The notes under the pieces: model-generated
What the model was told of the DNA's origin: nothing
Database searches by the model: none
What the model saw: only the letters and a program-made list of their open reading frames with translations
Position numbers and translations under genes: made by a program
NCBI GenBank assembly: GCA_951406725.2
Contig: OX597816.1
Coordinates: 45,198,001 to 45,262,000 of the forward strand
DNA length: 64,000 nucleotides
Direction: 5' to 3'
From: Octopus vulgaris
Taxonomy: Eukaryota
Part shown: piece after piece, positions 53,844 to 64,000 of the stretch
Layout of the letters: each line of letters begins with the position of its first letter
Position numbering within the stretch: the stretch's first letter is position 1

Positions 53844-54415
53844 TTAATGTTCACTTTTCCACTCTTACAAGGATCAGACAAAATTTGTTGACACAAATTT
53901 TACTCTGACTGGATGTGCTTCTTGTTACCAACCCTAGCCTGATTCCAGGCAACATATTTTCCCATAGATGGGCATGTTTTTCAGAGAAGACCATAAACGG
54001 ACAACTTCACTTGTATCAGGATAATGGTCATTACAACCATCACATGATGTCTAGAAAGGCATGCACACATGCACACATGGTGCAGGCATGGCTGTGTAGC
54101 AAGAAACTTGCTTCCCAACCACATGGTTCCAGGTTCAGTCCTGTTGCATGGCACCTTGTGAGTGGATTTTGTAGATGGAAACTGAAAGAAACCTGTTGTA
54201 TATATATATATATTTTATGGAGATGTACTTGCATAGCAAGTGACCTGATCTGAGATCATGTGCTAGAATGTGCTACACGGAATTTTGTCAGTGAATAGGT
54301 CGCAGCCTCAAAGCGACAAAAATATTTTAGCAAATTAAATTTAAATGTTGAAGTGAATCTAACGGTTTTTGTGTGTTTCTTAAATGGCTTATAAACACCT
54401 TCCATGCTGCAATTG

Positions 54416-54460
<45 letters not shown>

Positions 54461-56134
54461 CAAATGAAAAACGGAAGATAAAGTATACATATATATATAG
54501 AGAGAAAGGTTATGCGAGGTAATGGTGTCAATAATGGTGTCAGGTAATGCTGAGTAAGTGCCATGGATAGACCATAATTAAACTCCAGGTTTGGTGATTA
54601 TGCGAATAAGGAGTCCAACGTAGGTCATATATTTATGTGTGTGTGTCTATGTCTGTGTTTGTCCTCCCCACCATGCTTGACAACTGATGTTGGTGTGTTT
54701 ACATCCCTATAACTTAGCAGTTCGGCAGAAGAGACCAGTAGAATAAACACCACGCTTACAAAGAATAAGTCCAGGGTTGATTTCTTTGACTAAAAGGTGG
54801 TACTCCAGCATGACCACAGTCAATTGACTGAAACAAACAAAAGAATAAAAGAACATATACAACAAGCTTTTTTCAGTTTCCATTCATAAAATCAATTCGC
54901 AAGGCTTTGGTCAGCCCAGAGCTAGAGTAGAAATAGTTGCCCAAGGTGCCAAGTTGTGGAACTGAACCCAAGACCATATGGTTGGAAAGCAAGTTTTTCA
55001 TCCATACATACACCTATGCATTTATCTGTAGATATACATTATCTCTCTATATATAGATATATATATATAGGGAGAGAGAGAAACAAATATACTTATATAT
55101 TTAGATATGTACATAACTACATCTTCACCTTATGTTAGTGAAGAAAATAAACACTGGTGAAAAAAACCAAAAAACCCTGAAAGACTAGTGCTTTACAAAT
55201 AAAGTCTATTGATATATTTGTTCTGCATCAAGTTACACAAACTCCCTTGCCACTCTTACCATTACATCTACAATGAACCAATGATTGGTCCATTGAAAAC
55301 ATGCAACCAATGATCAGAAACTGTGATATATGATGAAAATATTAATAAATCTATCACAAGTTCTTTCTATTATGGACAATTATTCGACATATGGCTGACA
55401 AAAAGTGTAAAGACACTGGATACAATACAAGCATTTGAATACTATTATGGAGCCAAAAGCACTTAGTTATATTTTATTTGCATCCAAACTTACAACAAAA
55501 TTTCCATAGTGCAAGAAATATTCAATATCAAACTTCTTTACCACATTTTTTTTTTTTTTTTGCATATAATTCTTTATAAATTAAAACAAAAATTTCCCAT
55601 CAAAATACAGTAACGCATATGTACGTGCTTCGTAAAAATAAATACTTGCCAACATACATATTCATACGATTTACACAATTCAAAATTGGCAACTGTAATT
55701 TATTCCACGCATGATTCTCTATACAATTTCATAATTATTAACTTATTCAACACTGTATAGATGTCAAATATTTACAAATTACACAGTTCATTAACTAGAC
55801 ATCAATTTTTGCATAATCTTTCCTTTTATTATTATTTTTTTTTTTTGGCATTTTGATTTTTTTTTTTCTTAGCATTTTCATTTTTATTTTTTAAATAATT
55901 ATTTCTACTTACATTTTTCCAAAAAAAGAGAGAGAAAAATCACTGAAATTAACATAACAAATGACAGAAAAAATATGGTAAGGCACAATGAAGGTTACAA
56001 CAATAACACATTAATAGTGAGTAGAGCTGATAGTAATCACAAATTGACATGTGGGCATTGACATTCAGGCCTTATACATGCATGCATGCATGCATGCATA
56101 CATACATACATACATACATACATACATACATACA

Positions 56135-56165
<31 letters not shown>

Positions 56166-57095
56166 CTATATGTGTAAGTGTTCATATAGGTACAGTAGGC
56201 TGAACAGTTAAGAGGTTTGCACTAACTAGTCTAGAAATCAAACTCAAAGCCTTATGATTGTAAATCCAGCACCCTGACCACTAGGCCATATAACTTAGAC
56301 AGACAAGCAGACATAGGCAGATATAGATAGACAGATAGATGAATAGATACATATATACATACATACATACATACATGCATACATACGTAGATTTTTTTTT
56401 TATTTATGTGCCCTTTTCAAAGCTAGCCAGGTTCATGGGCCCAGTTTCCCAGTTTCTATGGTGTATGTGTTCCCCAGCTGGTCAGGACGCCAGTCCATCG
56501 CAGCATTACTCAAAAAACAGGAAGAGAGAGTGAGAGAAAGTTGTGGTGAAAGAGTACAACAGGGGTCGCCACCACCCCCTGCCAGAGCCTCGTGGAGATT
56601 TAGGTGTTTTCGCTCAATAAACACACACAACGCCCGGTCTGGGAATCAAAACCGCGAGTCCGCTGCCCTAACCACTGGGCCATTGCACCTCCAGCATACA
56701 TAATATACATACATAAATGTGTGTGTGTTGTGTGTTTGTGCATCCATGTGAGGGAGAGAGAGAGTGTATGTCTGTGAAAGTGTATGTGTGTGTGTGTGAT
56801 AGCATTTTGATCACAAATATGTCTTTTTATAAAGTAATTCTACAGACAAAATGAAGAAAACGCTTGTTTTTTTTTGTTTTTTTTTGTAATCTAGGGTCAA
56901 TATTTTTGCAAGCAGTGGTAGGTATGGCTGAGTGATTAAGAAGCTTACTTCCAAACCATGCACTCTCAAGTTCAGTTCCCTGTCTTGACTATCTTGCCCC
57001 TTGGGTAAGTGTCTTTTACTACAGACCAGAGCCAACCAAAGCCTTGTGGGATGATTTGGTAGATGAAAACTGAAAGCAGCTTGTCATATGTATGT

Positions 57096-57162
<67 letters not shown>

Positions 57163-57414
57163 CGTGTGTGTGTGTGTACGTTTGTGTTTATGTGTACTCT
57201 TGTTTCAACATCCTGTAATGGTTGTCAATTAGCATAACCATCATACAAACAATGTTATTCATTTCCAGTCTCCAATGGAAAGTATGTGTGGCCAGGAGAG
57301 ATATTACTTTGATTGGAAACAGGTGAGGTTGGCATCAGGAAAGGCATCCAGCCATAGAAAAATCTGCTTCAATGAATTTCATGTGACTCAAGCATGGGAG
57401 AGTGGGAATTAATA

Positions 57415-57455
<41 letters not shown>

Positions 57456-58089
57456 CAATGATGATGATGATGATGACGATGATGATGAGGATGTTGATGA
57501 CCATGTAAAACCATAATGCTCTTAGCACAATGCATTTAATGCTCCTAATAATGGCTATGCTCATAAGCCAAGCCACCAATCCAATATCTATGAAAAGTGA
57601 CAAGAGTGCCAAGTACTAAGACAGTCTGTTATGCAACTGTAAAAATTACTGAATCATGTTCACTTGATTGTAAATGCAATACAGGAACAATTGTTTTTTG
57701 AGCTGATGTTGTCACTGTCCTTCAAATTCAAAAACATTTCAAATTATTCAGAAGCAAATGTAAGAAATACTATAAAAGTTATTAGGTGAATCAGAAGTTC
57801 TTTTTAATTTTCTAGTTAGAGAAACACCACAGCTCTATCAAACTATGTGGGGCATCTGCAAGAGACACCTACGAATTTTAAAATGTCATTATATATCTTA
57901 GCTGCCAATGACAAATATATTAATAGAAATTCACTAGTAATGTCTAATGAGAAAACATTTCAAATATCCACAAAATCACCAGACATTTTAAGCTGCAAAA
58001 ATTGAGTTAATGCCTGTCACTCAGAAGACAAGTTTTAATTGCATTATAACGGAAAGGCATTCAGATTGGATTAATTCATTACATATAGA

Positions 58090-58310
58090 TTACTCTTTAC
58101 TCTTTTACTTGTTTCAGTCATTTGACTGCGGCCATGCTGGAGCACCGCCTTTAGTCGAGCAACTCAACCCCGGGACTTATTCTTTGTAAGCCTAGTACTT
58201 ATTCTATCGGTCTCTTTTGCCGAACCACTAAGTGACGGGGACGTAAACACACCAACATCGGTTGTCAACCAATGCTAGGGGGACAAACACAGACACAAAC
58301 AAACACACAG

Positions 58311-58371
<61 letters not shown>

Positions 58372-58545
58372 CATATATACGACGGGCTTCTTTCAGTTTC
58401 CGTCTACCAAATCCACTCACAAGGCTTTGGTCAGCCCGAGGCTATAGTAGAAGACACTTGCCCAAGGTGCCATGCAGTGGGACTGAACCCGGAACCATGT
58501 GGTTGGTAAGCAAGCTACTTACCACACAGCCACTCCGCCGTCTAC
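58090..58545 (-). mobile_element. Family A SINE
   Basis: Full-length reverse copy. Confidence 0.8.
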
Positions 58546-58805
58546 AGATTGTTTGCACTGCCAGAAGTTAATCCATTGACATCAAGATGAGGTCAACAGA
58601 AAAACTCCAAGTTGTTCAATTACTGCTGCATCATCTGGCCACATTGAAGCTTTCACCATCAACATCTTTTAAGAAATGCCTTCAGTCATCAAAAGCATTC
58701 AGCACTAAAACCCAATTGAATAATAGCCACCTTGCTGGCTTTTGTTCAACACATATGCTACTGAAGACAGGAAAATGTCATGCTTTGCATGTGATCGGAT
58801 GAATA

Positions 58806-59681
58806 CGAGGTCTGATCAATAAGTATCCAAACTGTTGCCATAGTAACGAAGCTAAAACATGCAGAGTGAAGCTGCTTGGCAGAAATTGATCGTGAACTCT
58901 GTTGTGCATGCACACAAAGTTTTAATATTCTAGCTTACTTCCACTGTTTACAGCAGTGCTTTGAAGGAATGTATGTAGCATGTAATCATTGCATTGACCA
59001 TGACAAGTTGTCATGGCGATACCTGCTCAGAGGCCAACACAAAGTTGAAGAAAGTGTATGGAGAGGGGTGTATGAGCCACACACTGGTTTAGACGTTTCC
59101 AAGATGATGAAAAAAATGTCGATATTCACGAACATTCTGGGAGACCAGCAACCTGCAGAACTGAGAAAAACATTGCAGATGTGCATGCAGCTGTGAGGGT
59201 AAATTGTCGAATCACCACCCTGTGAGTTATCAGAGGATGTACAGATTAGTTGCAGTTCAGTTCAGTCCATTATCACTGAAGATTTGTGTATGAGATGCGT
59301 CTCTGCCAAGTTTGTGCCAAAACTGCTTTCAGCTGACCAAAAGGACACTTGGATTTCAGTTGCATAAGATCTCCTTGATTGTGTTGAGAAAAATGAAAAC
59401 GTTTTAAAAACATTGTGTAGGTCTCTGAGAAGGTATCGCCAAGCTTTTGGCAAAATTTGATGCAGATTCTCTCCTCTACTTTCTCTGTCATGGTCAATGA
59501 GATGATCACACATTACACACCTTCCTTCCAAGCACTGCTGTAAACAGTGGAAGTAAACTAGAATGTTAAAAGTTAGAGCACATGCACAGCAGAGTTCAAG
59601 GTCCGTCTATGCCAAGAGGCTTCACTTGCATGCTTTAGCTTTGTTACTATGACAACAGTCTGGATACTTGTTGATACCCTG
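58806..59681. mobile_element. Mariner-derived element with about 200-bp inverted arms
   Basis: TA-flanked; arms about 58806-59005 / 59485-59681; transposase N-terminus MTEKVEERICIKFCQKLG on minus strand. Confidence 0.7.
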
Positions 59682-59683
59682 TA

Positions 59684-60246
59684 TTGGGTTGTCCGGAAAG
59701 TTTGTGCTGATTTATAGTAGCTTACCTTTCGACTTATTTTAGAACATGGTTGAGTCCATAAAATAGGATTTCACTACACCTCCATTTAGAGCACAGTTTA
59801 AGCTATCTTTTGGTAGAAGGTTTATGTTCCTATAACCTGTGGTAATTCTGTAATCCTTTAAAATGGAAGATAAGAAAGTTCCTTTTCGGCACTTGATGCC
59901 TTGGGAATCAGACAAAAATTGCTGCAGCTCGGCTGGAATGTGTTACCCCACCCTCCATATTCACCAGATAGTGCTCCTTTGGATTTCCACTTATTCAGGT
60001 CTCTGCAGAATAGTCTTAATGGTAAAAATTTCAATTCCTTGGATGACGTAAAAAGATACCTTGATGAATTCTTTGCCAAGAAACCACCTCAATTCTGAGA
60101 AGAGGGTATTTTCAAGTTAAAGGAAAGATGGTTACACATTGTGCAACAAAATGGTTCGTATTTGGTTGATTAAAAATGTAATGGCAAGTATTTATTGACC
60201 TTTTTCTTTCCTTTAAAATTTGGCACGAACTTTCCGGACAACCCAA
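59684..60246 (+). mobile_element. Internally deleted mariner
   Basis: TA|ttgggttgtccggaaagttt...aactttccggacaacccaa|TA TIRs; LGWNVLPHPPYSPDSAPLDFHLFRSLQN motif. Confidence 0.85.
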
Positions 60247-60339
60247 TATATTGGTATCATCGTCATTATCATCATGTCTTTGTCATTATCATCATGTCAT
60301 CATCATCATCATCATCATCTTCTTAAATACACTTTTCCA

Positions 60340-61230
60340 TGTTTTCAATGGTTGTCTGCATCTTCTTCAGCTTAGCATATCACCACTTGTTGCAACTTTT
60401 GCCAGCTCTTTTGTAATGTTCAATTTTCACTACTTTTATCTTCCCTAGATTTCTCCTGCAAGTTCATTCCACTTGGATCACTTCACCTTTTTTTCTTTTT
60501 ACCAAAATGTAATCCTCCATACACTCCACATGTCCATACCATTCCAATTTTCTCATTTACATATTACAGCAGTTTCCTCTTAAACCCAGTTTTTTCTTAC
60601 AAATAATTTTTTTTCAACCTTTCACACATCCACTGCATTCAATGCTTGTGCTCCACTAAATACAATATTGAACTTTGTATACAGTCCACCTTCACATGGA
60701 GAGAGGGTCACATTTTTACCAGCAGGGATGATAGCTTCCAGAACTTTGCCCACTCCATCCTAACTCTAGATAAAAACCACTCTCTCTCTCTCATTCTCTC
60801 TACCACTTATATAAGCCACATAACAGAAGTTATCAACTACTCCTAGAGAACACTCTGAGTATGGTCACTCTTACTGCTAACTCCTGCATGAGTTTGCTTG
60901 TTATCTGATTACATAACTTGTACATCTATTGAACATACTGTTCAGTATTCCAAATTACTCCTTTTCTGTATATTGAACATAGCCACTTCCTGATAGCAGT
61001 AGAGTATTGTCTTCTTTTCTGTTAAATGAAACTTTTGGCACTGCTTTGTTTACTTTAAGACATCTCAACTATTAGCTTTGCTTTCACATCTAGAATATTT
61101 TTCTCTAATTTTACAATAGGTTCAGTTATGAACACTGATCATCAGCATGGAGAAGTTACTTTGAACACACTGTCTAAAACTCATCAGTTATGGCCTGGCA
61201 AACAATATGAATAGAAACTGAAGCCATCAG
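60340..61230 (-). mobile_element. Old decayed RTE LINE fragment
   Basis: Degenerate QAITDEF...LLHADD matching the RT region of the young copy. Confidence 0.55.
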
Positions 61231-61289
61231 CCTTTGCGATCAAAAAAATATAAAAGAAAGAAAGAAAAAAGCATAAATAACATAAGAAA

Positions 61290-62050
61290 AATTTTATTGA
61301 ATCTATCCTCTGACAGGGATGCATTCAATCATGCTTCAGTCTAACAGTGCACACACTACTTCAAAGAAAAATTATACTATGCGGAACAAATCCTTCAAAG
61401 AAGTAGAACTCCAAACATACATCATTTGATTGAACACATTTTAAAGCAGGAGAAGCATGAGTATAACTAGAAATGTCCTGTCATTCATAAAAACAAAAAA
61501 ACATTTCCCTACTAACCATAAATATCACAAGTTCTTTAATGAGAAAATGTAAAAGTCAGCTACAGTTACATGTTTAAAATATCACAACCAAATATCCAGT
61601 TGTAATTGACATTATAAAGCAACAAACATGAAATAATCGCATTGTAGTGGAATTACAGCAACTGCATATCTGGACATTTTGATACAAAAAGCACCACTAA
61701 AACACCAGTATATAAAGTTAGTATAACATCTCCATAGGGTTTTGAAAAGAACTACATGGGACGGACATATGGAGAATACATTTAAAAGCAAGCATACTTA
61801 TTCCTTAATATTCCAAGATAAATAAAATCAACTACACTATATCAATATGTTTCAGAACTGAATTGTTACCATCCCTACAATCCTGTCAATTGCTGAAATC
61901 AGAACACTATATTGCAAGGGATGACAATGAAGCAACATATCTATAAAAGAACCACTAAATGGATAAATATGTCATTTAAAAAATATATTTTATTTAACCC
62001 ACTACACCTAACTTATAATATGTTGTAATAACAACAGAGTAAATAGATCC
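61290..62050 (+). mobile_element. Highly decayed Penelope-like fragment
   Basis: Frameshifted KHFPTNHKYHKFFN..KVSYSY and YMGRT..ENTFK motifs. Confidence 0.5.
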
Positions 62051-62715
62051 TCTTCAATCAACATGAAACCTGAAATTCGCAAACCACGAAGCAAATTCCA
62101 TACAACCAGTGTAACGGACAACTCAAATTGTTACACTGGACACACATGCACAACATTTTCTCATCGATTGACCATGCATTTATAATAAGGAAATAGTGAA
62201 GCTCATTATGATACAGAGCACAGAATATAATTAATTAGAAAACCATTAGTTGATAGCACTGCTGTTATATAAAATTAAAATATAAAATCAAAATATTGAC
62301 TATGGAAGCTTCTACAAACAATTAGAACTATGGAAGCTTTACTAATAGCAAATACAAATCAAAAATTAAAATAGGTACCACACGTTTATATCATGAAATT
62401 TAGTTAGTCATAGCTCTCTTACTCTTTTACTCATTTCAGTCATTTGACTGTGGCCATGCTGGAGCACCACTTTTAGTCGAGCAAATCGACCCCAGGACTT
62501 ATTCGTTGTAAGCCTAGTACTTATTCTATCAGTCTCTTTTGCCAAACCGCTAAGTTACGGGGACGTTAAGATACCAGCATCGGTTGTCAAGCGATGTTGG
62601 GGGGGACAAACACAGACACACAAACATATACACATGCATACATCATCATCATCATCATCGTTTAACATTCGTTTTCCATGCTAACATGGGTTGGACATAT
62701 ATATATATATATGTA

Positions 62716-63612
62716 GGCTGGCCAGATTGGAGCAATCTCAAGATTAATCAGCCAAAATTGCGACGATGATCCGGTTCTTGACTGAAGATTGAAAGCTTTC
62801 TATGTCCCGTCCGTGTTTTTTGTGTCATCATCAAAATGTTTTGCGTTCTTGTCCCAGTTTGTATTTTTTATACATATTTTTTGTACATATATATATAGCG
62901 GTGTACGTACCCTCTCTCTTATATGTAATTACACATTTCTCTAAACTCGGTACAACTCAACAGTCTCTCTCCCCCTCTCCTACATTCATTTGCCTTTCTT
63001 TGCACTTCACTTTGTCTCTGTCCCTTTTTCTCGCTCTCTCTTTTCCTCCTCCTTAATCCCTTGTTCCTCTTTTTCTCTCTCTTCTCCCCCTCCTTGATTC
63101 CTCTGTCCCTCTGTCCCTCTTTTCCTCTCTCTTCTCTTCACACACGACTGACTGACCGACTGCTGGCCTTTCGGGCCTAGCAGCCGTCGCAGTAACACCA
63201 ACATTTATTTTCTCTGCCCCAAGGCATATTCCTAACACGCCAGATAAGCTTAATTCATCCTAGTTGAAAGATGCCTGTTCGTGATGTCCTGTTATTGTTA
63301 TTAATATAATTACCATTGTTTTTACGTATTATCATTATTGTTTTTACGTATTATTTTTGTATTCATATTCGTATAACATCGTCCGTTTTTCTGTCCTTGT
63401 TTTGTATACATTCGAAGCCTTCTTCCAAGGAATCTAATGCACTTAGCTGGGGCTGGCCAGATTGGAGCAATCTCAAGATTAATCAGCTGAAGTTACGAGG
63501 ATGATCCAGTTCTTGACTGAAGATTGAAAGCTTCATATGTCCCGTCCATGTTTTTTGTGTCGTCATCTAAATGTTTTGCGTTCTTGTACTAGTTTGTATT
63601 TTTTATACATAT
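62716..63612 (+). mobile_element. Non-coding element with about 160-bp direct terminal repeats (pLTR-like) inserted in (TA)n
   Basis: ggctggccagattggagcaatctcaagattaatcagc... repeated at 62716-62876 and 63451-63612; diverged minus-strand relative at about 50026-50270. Confidence 0.7.
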
Positions 63613-64000
63613 ATATATACATCAGGCTTCTTTCAGTTTCCATCTACTAAATCCACTCACAAGGCTTTGGTCAGCCCGAGGCTATAGTAGAAGACACTTG
63701 CCCAAGGTACAACGCAGTGGGACTGAACCGAGAACCGTGTGGTTGGTAAGCAAGCTACTTACCACACAGCCACTCCTGCGCCTATCCCATAATTTTTTAA
63801 TCCAGCATAGGTGATTTTACTTGATATAGCAGAGTTATATTTGTTCTATATAACCTAATACAAATCCTGCAAGCTACTCATCATTATTCCCATAACTTCT
63901 TTCTGACACTGCGAAGGGAAAGGTCTTGTAACGTTAATGAACTAATGGATTTGGGAGTACTTCGGTTAAACACAAAACTAAGGAGGTAATATAAAAGTCC

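Noticed and set aside
54283-54321. Hammerhead-like fold ttttgtc...gacaaaa near (TA)n
   Set aside because: Core too degenerate (gtgaata / caaag) to call
48356-64000. Upstream KIF6 exon (DLAGSER/INLSL)
   Set aside because: Searched by eye and not found; probably beyond the right edge

Overview
Eukaryotic, AT-rich, microsatellite-dense genomic DNA; the repeat complement (tRNA-derived SINEs, RTE LINEs with (GAT)n tails, very long (TA)n/(CA)n tracts) suggests an octopus or other coleoid cephalopod (inference). The window lies inside one large minus-strand host gene, a kinesin-9 family KIF6 orthologue, of which four phase-compatible exons are readable (48355-48212, 42135-41945, 40894-40789, 17003-16850). 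The last exon is followed by a U12-type AT-AC donor (ATATCCTTT); its acceptor was not found in the window. The introns hold a near full-length RTE LINE broken by a single TAG, many SINEs, mariner/Tc1, piggyBac-like, Helitron, CR1, R4/Dong-like and Penelope-like remnants. The most notable signal is a set of several unrelated short elements, mostly fold-back and mostly in or beside (TA)n tracts, that carry minimal hammerhead-ribozyme motifs; one is fused to a tRNA-SINE head. They look like a non-autonomous, Penelope-dependent ribozyme retroelement system. Almost all ORFs in the supplied track are microsatellite or SINE artefacts. Repeat boundaries are approximate, read by eye.
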